From Microgenomates group bacterium GW2011_GWC1_46_15 (lineage in GTDB: Bacteria > Patescibacteriota > Microgenomatia > UBA1400 > UBA12028), in NCBI GenBank assembly GCA_001002285.1, contig LCLX01000002.1, positions 131,827 through 195,826 of the forward strand: a stretch of DNA of 64,000 nucleotides. The letters are read 5' to 3'. Below the pieces are notes generated by a model, which saw only the letters and a program-made list of their open reading frames with translations, ran no database searches and was not told where the DNA came from. This document shows, in pieces, positions 9,436-18,938 of the stretch (positions are counted from its first letter, which is position 1; each line of letters opens with the position of its first letter). Made by a program: the position numbers and the translations under genes.

Positions 9436-10584
9436 CTACTTTCCCGCAAAGATGGCAAACACATCTTTAATACTAATAAGGACGATCAACGCGAGGAAAA
9501 AGAGCATTCCCGCCTGGTTTGTGTAGTACTCCAGCTTAGCGCGCCGCTTTTTTCCCAAGATGCCTTCTAGAAGGATAAACAGCGCCCGCCCACCGTCGAG
9601 CGGTGGAATCGGCAAAACGTTTACAACTCCAAGGTTAATCGAGATGAGCGCGGCAAAGTTCAGCACAATTTGTGGCCCTTGCTCAAAAAGTTTCTCTTTT
9701 CTTGCAGTGTTGACGATACCAATCGGCCCAGACACCTCGCTCGCCACTCCTTTAAAACGCACAAGATCGCCCACAACCCGTCCCAGCGTTTTTACAATCA
9801 TTCCGGAAAACATATATGAGTCTTTTACCCCCTGCACCATTCCGTAGAACGGCATCTGCCAAGCAGGATAGTGGCGGAACTCGACATCAATCAACATGAT
9901 ACCCAACCCCCCTTGCCCATCGGGCGTTTCTTTTTCTGTGCGGACATATGATGTAAGCGTTGCGTTTTTTCCATCGCGCGCAACAACAACGCTGATCTGT
10001 TGACCACGCACCGTTTGAATGCGCTCAATAAACGCCGCAGAAGTTTTTGTCGCAACTCCATTCAGCGAAATAACTTCATCACCTTTTACAAACCCCGCTT
10101 TTTGCGCCGGCGAATTTGAAATGACTTCGTCCACACGCGGACGCGGCAAGTTCACGGAAACCGCTCCGGCCCAAGTATATAAAAATGCAAAGATGAGTAC
10201 GCCAAATAAAAGATTGATACACGCGCCCGCGAGCACGACAAAAAGCCTATTGATCCGGGAGGCAGAAGAAAATAACCCGACATTTTTTTTCGCTGATTTC
10301 TCCGCTTTACTTGCACCTGTTTTATTTGCACTAGCTTTATCCGCACCAGCCATCTGCTCAAACGACTCCGCGTCATCCCCCGCCAACCGCACAAACCCTC
10401 CGAACGGCAACCAGTTCAGCGTAAACACCGTACCTTTTCGCGTAAACATCGTGAGTGCGCGGGGCGGATACCCAAACCCAAACTCTTCAACGCGTACACC
10501 CGTTTTTTTGGCCGCAATATAATGCCCCCACTCGTGAATGAGGACAAGAAAAGATAAAAGTAAAAATACTCCAAGAATTTCCAT
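9436..10584 (-). CDS. rseP: RIP metalloprotease RseP (site-2 protease, M50)
   Basis: N-terminal HEWGHY zinc motif in TM1, PDZ region, C-terminal TM helices. Confidence 0.85.
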   Translation of the reverse strand: MEILGVFLLLSFLVLIHEWGHYIAAKKTGVRVEEFGFGYPPRALTMFTRKGTVFTLNWLPFGGFVRLAGDDAESFEQMAGADKASANKTGASKAEKSAKKNVGLFSSASRINRLFVVLAGACINLLFGVLIFAFLYTWAGAVSVNLPRPRVDEVISNSPAQKAGFVKGDEVISLNGVATKTSAAFIERIQTVRGQQISVVVARDGKNATLTSYVRTEKETPDGQGGLGIMLIDVEFRHYPAWQMPFYGMVQGVKDSYMFSGMIVKTLGRVVGDLVRFKGVASEVSGPIGIVNTARKEKLFEQGPQIVLNFAALISINLGVVNVLPIPPLDGGRALFILLEGILGKKRRAKLEYYTNQAGMLFFLALIVLISIKDVFAIFAGK

Positions 10585-10586
10585 AT

Positions 10587-11138
10587 CTACATCTGCATCA
10601 ACTCAGTTTCTTTTTCCTGCACAACCTTTTCCAACTTCGCCACATACTCGTCCATTTTTTTCTGGAGTGTTTCCAAATCAGCTGAAATAGTATCTTCCGA
10701 AATACCCGGCTTTCCTTTTTGGTCATCAATCATTTTTTTGTATTTGAGCCGTACGTCGCGCACCATCTGTTTCCCGCTTTCCAGTTTTTGCTTCACCAGC
10801 TTCACCATTTCCTGCCGGCGTTCCTGTGTAAGCGGTGGAATCACAATGCGGATGTGATCACTCTCAACAACGGGATTGATGTTGAGGCCAGCCGACGCAA
10901 TGCCTTTTTCAATCGCCGCAAGATTTCCTTTATCCCATGGATTAATCATGATCATCGTTGTGTCCGGCGCGGAAATCGTGGCAAGCTCCATCAACTTCAT
11001 GCGTGTTCCATACGCTTCGACAGAAACATGTTCGACAAGCGATGGCTTCGCTCGGCCGGTTTTGACCGTCGCCATATCGCCGCCAACGACTTCAAGCACT
11101 TTGTCTGCATCTCTAGAAAATTGTGTGACATCAAACAT
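10587..11138 (-). CDS. frr: ribosome recycling factor
   Basis: MFDVTQ...VEAYGTRMKL...IRIVIPPLTQERRQEM; AGGAGG RBS upstream of the ATG at 11138. Confidence 0.9.
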   Translation of the reverse strand: MFDVTQFSRDADKVLEVVGGDMATVKTGRAKPSLVEHVSVEAYGTRMKLMELATISAPDTTMIMINPWDKGNLAAIEKGIASAGLNINPVVESDHIRIVIPPLTQERRQEMVKLVKQKLESGKQMVRDVRLKYKKMIDDQKGKPGISEDTISADLETLQKKMDEYVAKLEKVVQEKETELMQM

Positions 11139-11217
11139 ACGTCCTCCTGTCGGTATTGTAGTGGAGGCTCGGGTGTTTGACAACGGAAGCATTCGATTCG
11201 TGTATCATTGAGAAAGT

Positions 11218-11946
11218 ATGCGGCTTCCCAAAAAAAGCAACGTGTTCTTTTTCACCGATCTCAACACGTACTATCGTTCTCTTTCGTCGCCCTTCCGTTC
11301 CGTACTGTTTTATGTGCTCAAAGCATACGCAGTATTTTTACTCATCACGCTCATTGTTTTTTCTTTCTTTATTGATTCATACATCCGCACTAACTTGAAC
11401 GCTCTGCCCGAAACGTTTTCTCTTTCGTACACGCACAGCACACTATCCGCAAACGGTATTGCGTTGCCGTACATACTAAAGTTTCCAAACACCATTGGAA
11501 CACTGCAGTTTTATGACACATACATGAAGCAAACATCGGTGGATGGCCAGGAAACACACACTGCATACGTGGACATCGTTCCAAAAGATGTTGAGTTTAC
11601 GGCAAACAAAAAAGATATTGGGGAAATGGGTGTTCCCATGATTCAAATAGGTCTCGGAATTGTCACTATGTCAATCTGGCCGTTTTTTATACTTGCGCGG
11701 ATGATGTGGGCAGCGCTCTATGCGCTATTCGTTACTACAATTGCGCAATGGTTCCGTCGGTCGCTTCCATATACCAGTGTGTATAAGCTGAGCGTCACCA
11801 CGATGGTTACCGCAGAACTTATTCACGGATTGGGATTTGTTCTTTACAGAGGAAATACGCAAGTACCGTTGTTTGATTTGGCGTTTGCCGTCATTATGAT
11901 TGTGGTGTTGAAGACTCTCCCACCGCAAACCGCGCAAGGCGTGTAA
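11218..11946 (+). CDS. hypothetical integral membrane protein
   Basis: 242 aa with several hydrophobic helices; 3' end overlaps tsf stop by about 50 nt. Confidence 0.4.
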   Translation: MRLPKKSNVFFFTDLNTYYRSLSSPFRSVLFYVLKAYAVFLLITLIVFSFFIDSYIRTNLNALPETFSLSYTHSTLSANGIALPYILKFPNTIGTLQFYDTYMKQTSVDGQETHTAYVDIVPKDVEFTANKKDIGEMGVPMIQIGLGIVTMSIWPFFILARMMWAALYALFVTTIAQWFRRSLPYTSVYKLSVTTMVTAELIHGLGFVLYRGNTQVPLFDLAFAVIMIVVLKTLPPQTAQGV

Positions 11947-12391
11947 CGACAATATTTTCGCCCACTTTTCCTGCCACCGACTTCACAAAGTCACGGATCG
12001 AAAGCTTTGGATTGCGGATGTATTCCTGTTTGAGCAGTTCTTCCACAGAGTTTGGATTCATTGAAGCAACTTGCATTGCTAACTCGTGGCCTAAGTCCTG
12101 AAAATCTTGTGTCCGTGCGACAAAATCGGTTTCGCAGTTGAGTTCTACAAGTGTTGAGATGCGGCCGCCCATGTGCGAGTACGTCGCGATCATCCCCTGT
12201 TTTGCTTCACGGTCCGCTTTTTTTTCTGCACGCGCGATGCCTTTGGCAAGAATCCATGCTTCGGCTTTTTTCATGTCACCCCTGGATTCCTCCAACGCTT
12301 TTTTTGCATCCATCACACCAGCGCCTGTTTTTTCACGGAGTTTTTTAATCACGTCCATCGAGATTGTTTGTGTTGAAACTACTTTTGCCAT
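11894..12391 (-). CDS. tsf: elongation factor Ts (short form)
   Basis: ISMDVIKKLREKTGAGVMDAKKALEE (UBA-like N-terminus) and TDFVARTQDF; only 165 aa. Confidence 0.8.
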   Translation of the reverse strand: MAKVVSTQTISMDVIKKLREKTGAGVMDAKKALEESRGDMKKAEAWILAKGIARAEKKADREAKQGMIATYSHMGGRISTLVELNCETDFVARTQDFQDLGHELAMQVASMNPNSVEELLKQEYIRNPKLSIRDFVKSVAGKVGENIVVTRLARFAVGESSTPQS

Positions 12392-13089
12392 GCTGACCTC
12401 CCCTCTTTGTACGCGTTTGCGAGTGTGTGCACAATCAGTGTAATACTGCGCACCGCATCATCGTTCGCGGGAATTGCGTAATCAATGCGCTCTGGATCGG
12501 AGTTTGAATCAACGATACCGACAACCGGCACTTTCTTTGTTATCGCCTCTTTGACTGCGTTGTCTTCTTTTTTCGTATCAACGACAACAATCGCGTCTGG
12601 AATCCCCTTAATATTGGAAATACCGCCAAAGAAACGCTCAAGGCGTGAAATATCTTTATCAATGAGGACGCGCTCGCGTTTTGTGTAGACGTCAAGTTTG
12701 CCGTCCATTTTGTCTTGCTTAAGTCTGTTGAGCTTATCAATGGATTTTTTCACCTGATCCCAGTTCGTGATCGTTCCACCAAGCCAGCGGATCGTGATAT
12801 ATGGAGCACCCGCGGTCACTGCTTCCTCACGCACAATATCTTGCGCCTGGCGCTTGGAACCAATGAAAATAACGGTCTTCCCCTCTTTTGCCAAGGAGTA
12901 GACAAACTGTGCCGCTGCTTCTAGTTTTTTTGCTGTCTGGAAAAGATCGAAAATGTGCACACCGTTGCGCTTCGTGTAGACATACGACGCGATCTTTGGG
13001 TTCCACCGTTGAGCCTGGTGGCCAAAATGGCACCCTGCTTCAAGCAAATCTTTGACATCCACCGCAAAGGATGGTGTTGAATCGGACAT
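12379..13089 (-). CDS. rpsB: 30S ribosomal protein S2
   Basis: LLEAGCHFGHQAQRWNPKIASYVYTKRNGVHIFDL matches the uS2 N-terminus. Confidence 0.9.
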   Translation of the reverse strand: MSDSTPSFAVDVKDLLEAGCHFGHQAQRWNPKIASYVYTKRNGVHIFDLFQTAKKLEAAAQFVYSLAKEGKTVIFIGSKRQAQDIVREEAVTAGAPYITIRWLGGTITNWDQVKKSIDKLNRLKQDKMDGKLDVYTKRERVLIDKDISRLERFFGGISNIKGIPDAIVVVDTKKEDNAVKEAITKKVPVVGIVDSNSDPERIDYAIPANDDAVRSITLIVHTLANAYKEGRSAWQK

Positions 13090-13198
13090 GATTCTCCTTT
13101 CAGCCTCCTACGCGATGTAGATCAAGGAGAGTTCGCGTAGTGTGAATTTATACTTTTTACACTCTGTATACGTTCGCACTTTTTCAAGTACGAGGGGT

Positions 13199-13207
13199 AT
13201 TATAGCA
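13199..13207 (-). promoter_or_regulatory. putative extended -10 (TGcTATAAT) promoter for the rpsB-tsf operon
   Basis: Minus-strand TGCTATAAT about 110 nt upstream of the rpsB ATG. Confidence 0.3.
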
Positions 13208-13224
13208 TAAAATCCGCAGACTAT

Positions 13225-13530
13225 TTAAATAAGCCTTGAGCGCGGAGGACGTCTTATTCTGTGTACAACAGAACTTCTTTTTTTCACTTCTGCTACGATG
13301 CTTTGCGCTGCGAAAGCATAGATAAGGCTTTGCGCTTCATCCGCAAGTCTGTCCATTTCTTCGGGTGATTCATCTAATGTCACTTCACCCGCCTCGACAG
13401 ACTTGAGGTATTCCAATATCGCCACTGCATTGATTCTCCCATCTTTATAAAGAACTCCTTCTGCAATATGCGCCCGATTCGTAAGAAATGAGATCGCTTC
13501 ATTTAATAACGATTCTTGGTTGTATGACAT
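13225..13530 (-). CDS. hypothetical protein
   Basis: 101-aa ORF; no motif. Confidence 0.35.
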   Translation of the reverse strand: MSYNQESLLNEAISFLTNRAHIAEGVLYKDGRINAVAILEYLKSVEAGEVTLDESPEEMDRLADEAQSLIYAFAAQSIVAEVKKRSSVVHRIRRPPRSRLI

Positions 13531-13569
13531 ACAATACTCCTTCTCGGCAGGTATTTATACAGTTGCCAT

Positions 13570-14367
13570 TTATCCTACTCCATCAATCAAATTTTGCAAG
13601 AGACATACGCGGGTCATAGGGCCAACACCACCGGGAACAGGAGAAAGGAATGCGATGAGGTGTTCAAGACCGGCAGGGTCAACTTCTGGTTTTGGGGAAC
13701 CTGCGTCAATGATAATGACGCCATATTTGAGGTTGGCCGCATGCAAAAGGTGTGTTTGACCCGTTGCGGTTATCACAACATCAGCGTGCTTAAGTTCATC
13801 CATGTGATCGGCAATATCTTTACCATATAACAACACGGACCGTGCTTTTCCCTCAAGTACTTTTGCTACGGGTACGCCAACAATATCACTGCGCCCTAAG
13901 ACAACAATATTCAATTTCTTCAAGTCCAGCTTTAACGTTTTTACCGCAGTATCTAAAATCTCAAGAATTGCACGGGCAGTTGCAGGCACCACAGCGCCCT
14001 TCCCCGTTAACCCATCAACATCCTTTTTGGGATCAATCACGGAAACAATTTGAGACCACCACTCCTGAAAAGGAAACAGATGTTTCCCAGGTTTCTGGAC
14101 AATAATGCCTTGGATGTCCGCGCGGGCGTTGGCTTGTGTAATATGCTGAATGATTTCTTTTGCTGGCGTGGCAATCGGCAACATGTCTAACTCATACCCA
14201 ACCCCGATACTTTCCGCATCTTTTTTCTTCAAATGCGCATATATAGTGCTTGGAACATCTTCTTGAAATACCAAGCTATATATTGATAATTGAGGAAGTT
14301 TTTTAACCTTTTCTGCGAGGAGTGTTTTGCGCCGTGTGACCTCCGCGTTGCCATCAAAGATAATCAT
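13570..14367 (-). CDS. folD: bifunctional methylenetetrahydrofolate dehydrogenase/cyclohydrolase
   Basis: MIIFDGN...SIGV...DVDGL...PVPGGVGPMT motifs of FolD; ATG at 14367. Confidence 0.9.
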   Translation of the reverse strand: MIIFDGNAEVTRRKTLLAEKVKKLPQLSIYSLVFQEDVPSTIYAHLKKKDAESIGVGYELDMLPIATPAKEIIQHITQANARADIQGIIVQKPGKHLFPFQEWWSQIVSVIDPKKDVDGLTGKGAVVPATARAILEILDTAVKTLKLDLKKLNIVVLGRSDIVGVPVAKVLEGKARSVLLYGKDIADHMDELKHADVVITATGQTHLLHAANLKYGVIIIDAGSPKPEVDPAGLEHLIAFLSPVPGGVGPMTRVCLLQNLIDGVG

Positions 14368-14386
14368 GGGGATTATTGTACCAGTT

Positions 14387-15220
14387 CTATCCAATAAGGT
14401 CTTTGACAATCGCAATATTTTTCGCATCTGGTCCATCGCCGTTAAATCCTGGGACTTCTAAAATAAGTGGCAAATGGGCAAACTTGGGATTGGTAAGAAA
14501 TTGTTTCATTCTATCTTTGCCAATGCTTCCCTCCCCAACATTTTCGTGCCGATCACGACCACTTTTGAATAAATCGCGCGAGTCATTGAGATGAATGACT
14601 TTGAGTGAGTCCCAAAGATTGAGCGTGGCAATGTCTTTTTCAACAGTTTTTAAATCATATCCCGCACAAAAGGCGTGGCATGTATCAAAACACCACCCAA
14701 GCCGTGGTGAATCAACCGCATCTAAAAGCTCACGGATTTCTTTGAGATCCGAGCAGAGCTTTCCACTCTGCCCCGCGGAGTTTTCAATCAAAAATGTACT
14801 GCTTTTAGGAGTTCCTACCAAAATTTCTTTGAGCGCTTTGACCACCCGCTGCTTACTTACAGCAAATCCTCTCCCTTGGTGACTTCCCAAATGCACAATG
14901 ACTCCGCCGCCGTGAATTCTGGAGTCAAACTCAAGATCATACTTTAAAACACCAATGGATTTTGTGAGAAGATCGGGGTTATCACTCGCCAAGTTGATGA
15001 GATAAAGCGCATGCGTAAAAATTGGACCAAAGTCCTGATCTTTGCAGAACGTAATAAACGTATCGTACGGAAAACTATCAATGGGTTTGCGCGCCCACAC
15101 CCGTGGAGAACCGGAAAAAACCTGCAGGCAGTTCGCGCCCATTGTCATTGCATTCTGCGCTGCCTGAACAAGACCTCCGGCAACGGAAAGATGAGCGCCA
15201 ATTCTTCTTGAGATTTGCAT
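14387..15220 (-). CDS. nfo: deoxyribonuclease IV (AP endonuclease family 2)
   Basis: MQISRRIGAHLS...VIVHLGSH...WCFDTCHAF (xylose-isomerase-like TIM barrel metal ligands). Confidence 0.9.
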   Translation of the reverse strand: MQISRRIGAHLSVAGGLVQAAQNAMTMGANCLQVFSGSPRVWARKPIDSFPYDTFITFCKDQDFGPIFTHALYLINLASDNPDLLTKSIGVLKYDLEFDSRIHGGGVIVHLGSHQGRGFAVSKQRVVKALKEILVGTPKSSTFLIENSAGQSGKLCSDLKEIRELLDAVDSPRLGWCFDTCHAFCAGYDLKTVEKDIATLNLWDSLKVIHLNDSRDLFKSGRDRHENVGEGSIGKDRMKQFLTNPKFAHLPLILEVPGFNGDGPDAKNIAIVKDLIG

Positions 15221-15272
15221 ACTGCTTATTCTAGAGTAGAATATCATTCCGAGCAATTATCTATCTTATAAT

Positions 15273-16178
15273 ATGCAAAAAAATGTCGCTGAATGCATTA
15301 CTCATATAGGCCAGCCCCCATGTTTATCAAAAAAGGATATTCAACGGTTTGGGTTTCTGATTACAGTGTCTTCAGTCCCCGCAATTTCAGAACATCTTAC
15401 GGTTCCGCAAGCAGCTTTAGAATCGTTTATTTCTCACTTTGAAACTGTTTCGCAAACACTTTCTTTTATGTTGCGGTACACAGCAACAAAAAAAGGCATA
15501 CTTCCAAAATTGATGCTGGGAGGAGCTGGTGTAACAAAATTTACAGAAGCACTTGCCCATACATTGGGGTATGCGAATATCAAAGTTGGTACGGAAATGC
15601 GGAGGATTGGAAAATTGTACGGCTTCACTAACGAAAAAGAGTTTGGCGAATTTCTTCAAAACGAAGTGCTCCGTGACCCAACATATGATTATCAACTTGA
15701 CGCCAGTGTTCTTCCACATATTCTTTCGGGAAAAAGGGTTGTTATGGATTCCAAAATATGGGCATTACTACTCGGAAGACCTCAAGCATTTGACCAAAGA
15801 ACTCCATCTTTTGTACACCCCTTTTCTCCATTAAATACTTTCCGCCCCGCACAAATAAACATTGGAGCAACAAACGAGGCACATATAGCGACCAAACGGA
15901 TGTGGAATAGGCAGTTACAGATCGCAACAGAAGCGGGAATCCCTTATGAAAAAAGTCTACATGATGTTGAACAAGAGCAAATGGACCGATGGTTCACTGA
16001 TTTTATTCGCTTTTGGAAAACATATCGTATTCTTTACACACGAGCAAGTTTCATACGCAATTCTCATTATCTTATTAAAACAGATCCGAGTGTTTCTGAA
16101 CTCGCCGATATTGCTCTAGCTCAATTGCGACTTGATTACGGATCTGCTTTTGTAGAGTTTTTACAACAGGTAAGTTAA
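15273..16178 (+). CDS. cytidylate-kinase-like protein with degenerate P-loop (N-terminal extent uncertain)
   Basis: LMLGGAGVTKFTEALAHTLGYANIKVGTEMRRIG aligns with Cmk IDGPAGSGKSTVAKALAEALGY..DTGAMYRA, but the Walker A Gly-Lys-Ser is replaced by VTKF. Confidence 0.4.
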   Translation: MQKNVAECITHIGQPPCLSKKDIQRFGFLITVSSVPAISEHLTVPQAALESFISHFETVSQTLSFMLRYTATKKGILPKLMLGGAGVTKFTEALAHTLGYANIKVGTEMRRIGKLYGFTNEKEFGEFLQNEVLRDPTYDYQLDASVLPHILSGKRVVMDSKIWALLLGRPQAFDQRTPSFVHPFSPLNTFRPAQINIGATNEAHIATKRMWNRQLQIATEAGIPYEKSLHDVEQEQMDRWFTDFIRFWKTYRILYTRASFIRNSHYLIKTDPSVSELADIALAQLRLDYGSAFVEFLQQVS

Positions 16179-17476
16179 AAAGACTTGGATAAAAATGCTT
16201 TAACTTTACTTTTTATAGTCCGAAGGGTTGCACTTTTTTCCATTTCCACACGAAACTTCTTCACAAACTCCCCTCTTTGTTCTTTTTCCTTGGGCATCAC
16301 AAATGGTCGCACAACTTCAACCACTTGCGCAATCCATTCAGCAATTTTTTCCATATCTTTTTCCTTCATTCCAATCGTGGTAACTGCAGGTGTCCCCAAT
16401 CGCACACCAGAGGGATAGAAGGCTGAGTATGGTTCGTTTGGAATCGTGTTTTTGTTTGCATACATACCGACAATCGCCATGGCATACGCGACTTGCGTTC
16501 CACCACCAAACGCCGAGAAATCCATAATCATGAGATGATTTTCCGTTCCCCCACCCATTAATGTAATTCCGTGTTTTTTAAGCGCGTTCGCCAACGCTAC
16601 CGCATTCTTTACCACTTGTTGACCGTACGTTTTAAACTCCGGCGTTGCCGCTTCACCCAGTGCCACCGCGATCCCCGCCGTTACATTATCGTGCGGACCG
16701 CCCTGCAAACCAGGAAACACTGCCTTATCAATTTTCTCGGCTAGCTTGGGATCTTTGCCTAATCCACGTTCCGTGACCAACAGCATCGCTCCACGCGGCC
16801 CACGTAGCGTCTTGTGGGTGGTGGTCATCACAACATCGGCATACGGCACTGGCGATGGATGCACACCCGCAACAATCAAACCGGCAATGTGTGAAATATC
16901 AGCCAACACAAACGCCCCAACCTCATCCGCAATCTCCGCAAACTCTTTGAACGGCAGGATGAATGGATATGCTGTTGTGCCAATAATCATGAGTTTGGGT
17001 TTATGGTGATGTGCCAGCGCCCGCACCTCATCCAGATCAATGCGCGCATGAGCATTCAAGCCAAACTGGATTGTTTTAAAGTACTTTCCACTAAACGTAA
17101 CGCCCGGGTGGCCGTGTGTGAGATGACCACCACTCGCGAGTTTCATTCCCATGATCGTGTCGCCAGCCTCTAGTAATCCAAACAGTACCGCACTATTGGC
17201 AGGACTCCCACTGTATGGCTGGACATTCGCGTGCGGCACTTTAAATAGGGCGCACGCCCGTTTCACCGCCAAGTCCTCAATCTCATCAATAATGTCATTG
17301 CCTTCGTAGTATCGGCGGTGAGGATACCCCTCCGAGTACTTGTTCATGAGTGGTGAACCAACCGCCTTTCGCACATTTTCAGATGCAAAATTTTCAGATG
17401 GAATAAGCTGAACTCCCTCGCGCTGGCGGCGAGTTTCTTTGTCAATCAGCGTAAAAAGAGGATCGTGAGAAATCAT
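16175..17476 (-). CDS. glyA: serine hydroxymethyltransferase
   Basis: LIPSENFASENV...HLTHGH...TTTHKTLRGPRG PLP-lysine region. Confidence 0.95.
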   Translation of the reverse strand: MISHDPLFTLIDKETRRQREGVQLIPSENFASENVRKAVGSPLMNKYSEGYPHRRYYEGNDIIDEIEDLAVKRACALFKVPHANVQPYSGSPANSAVLFGLLEAGDTIMGMKLASGGHLTHGHPGVTFSGKYFKTIQFGLNAHARIDLDEVRALAHHHKPKLMIIGTTAYPFILPFKEFAEIADEVGAFVLADISHIAGLIVAGVHPSPVPYADVVMTTTHKTLRGPRGAMLLVTERGLGKDPKLAEKIDKAVFPGLQGGPHDNVTAGIAVALGEAATPEFKTYGQQVVKNAVALANALKKHGITLMGGGTENHLMIMDFSAFGGGTQVAYAMAIVGMYANKNTIPNEPYSAFYPSGVRLGTPAVTTIGMKEKDMEKIAEWIAQVVEVVRPFVMPKEKEQRGEFVKKFRVEMEKSATLRTIKSKVKAFLSKSF

Positions 17477-17520
17477 GATACTGCGTATTGTACTCTGCCA
17501 GGCGCCTGTTATGCCAACCG

Positions 17521-18261
17521 TTATGCCAACACCGACTCCACATCGGTCGCGACATACGTGCCGATATCTTCACCAAGCACCGCTTTTTTCAAGTTACCAG
17601 ATTTAAACAGTTCAAATACCATGACCGGCATTTTGTTTTCCATACACATCGCCATCGCGCTGTTATCCATCACCGCGATGTTCTCGTCTTTTAGCACATC
17701 CATAAACTTGAGTGTTTTAAACCGCTTCGCATCTTTGTGCTTCGCCGGATTTTTGTCATATACGCCGTCTACTTTTGTTGCTTTCATCACAACGTCGCAG
17801 TGGAGCTCCAACGCATGAAGCGCTGCACCTGTGTCTGTGGTTACATACGGCACGCCCGTTCCTGCAGCTAGGATCACAACGCGGCCTTTTTCGAGGTGCC
17901 GCAATGCACGGCGGCGGACGAACGGCTCCGCAACTGCTGGCATCGTGAGTGCAGACTGCGCACGCGTAGGAACACTAAGTTTTTCCAGTGCATCCTGAAG
18001 TGCAAGCGCATTCATCACCGTTGCGAGCATTCCCATATAGTCAGCCGTTGCGCGGTCAATTCCACCTTTTTCACCGGAAATTCCGCGGAAAATGTTTCCC
18101 CCGCCAATGACCAGCACTACCTGAACGCCGAGATCGTAAATATCCTTGATTTGTTTTGCCACATCCATTACGGCCATTGGGGAAATACCGTACTCGCGGT
18201 CGCCGAGAAGCGACTCGCCGCCAACTTTGAGGAGGACGCGTTTAAATCTCGGGGATGCCAT
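17521..18261 (-). CDS. pyrH: UMP kinase
   Basis: RVLLKVGGESL...VIGGGNIFRG amino-acid-kinase-fold motifs. Confidence 0.9.
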   Translation of the reverse strand: MASPRFKRVLLKVGGESLLGDREYGISPMAVMDVAKQIKDIYDLGVQVVLVIGGGNIFRGISGEKGGIDRATADYMGMLATVMNALALQDALEKLSVPTRAQSALTMPAVAEPFVRRRALRHLEKGRVVILAAGTGVPYVTTDTGAALHALELHCDVVMKATKVDGVYDKNPAKHKDAKRFKTLKFMDVLKDENIAVMDNSAMAMCMENKMPVMVFELFKSGNLKKAVLGEDIGTYVATDVESVLA

Positions 18262-18303
18262 ACAAAAACTCCTTTTCTATTGTCTTAACCAGAGTATATC
18301 ATG

Positions 18304-18933
18304 CTATACGTTCAGTTTTTTCGCAACACCTTTCCACACTTGATCCGCAATCTCATCAATTGTTTTCTCCGCGTCAATTGTTATCCACCGCTTGTGGTCG
18401 TTTTTTTGCGCAAGCGTGAGGTATGCGTCACGGACTTTTTGGTGAAACTCGCGTGTTTCCATATCGAGCCGGTCCATCTTGTCTGTTTGTGCCCGCCTGC
18501 CCAGTCCCACTTCAACTGAAATGTCGAGGAGAAATGTGAGATTGGGATATGTGTCTTTTGTCGAAATCGTGTTGAGCTGCTCGATCACATCCACACCAAA
18601 ACCACGGACAATACCTTGGTAAATCACCGAAGAGTCGCGGGTGCGGTCCATCAATACAACTTTCTGCGCCTCGAGGCTTGGTAATACTAATTCGCGGTAG
18701 AGTTGCGCACGCGCCGCCTGAAACAGCAATACTTCTGTTGTGTACGCAATGCCGACATTTTTTGCGGAAAGCACAACATCGCGGATTTGTTCGGAGATGA
18801 CCGTGCCGCCCGGTTCGCGGAGTACGACAACATCAAATCCTTTTTCTGTAAGGTGATCGCGGAGGCGCTTAATTTGAACCGTTTTTCCGGACCCCTCTCC
18901 CCCTTCAAATGAAATGAGAAAACCTTTTTGCAT
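18304..18933 (-). CDS. tmk: thymidylate kinase
   Basis: FISFEGGEGSGKTVQ P-loop and LREPGGT; DRTRDSS lid. Confidence 0.9.
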   Translation of the reverse strand: MQKGFLISFEGGEGSGKTVQIKRLRDHLTEKGFDVVVLREPGGTVISEQIRDVVLSAKNVGIAYTTEVLLFQAARAQLYRELVLPSLEAQKVVLMDRTRDSSVIYQGIVRGFGVDVIEQLNTISTKDTYPNLTFLLDISVEVGLGRRAQTDKMDRLDMETREFHQKVRDAYLTLAQKNDHKRWITIDAEKTIDEIADQVWKGVAKKLNV

Positions 18934-18938
18934 TGCGG

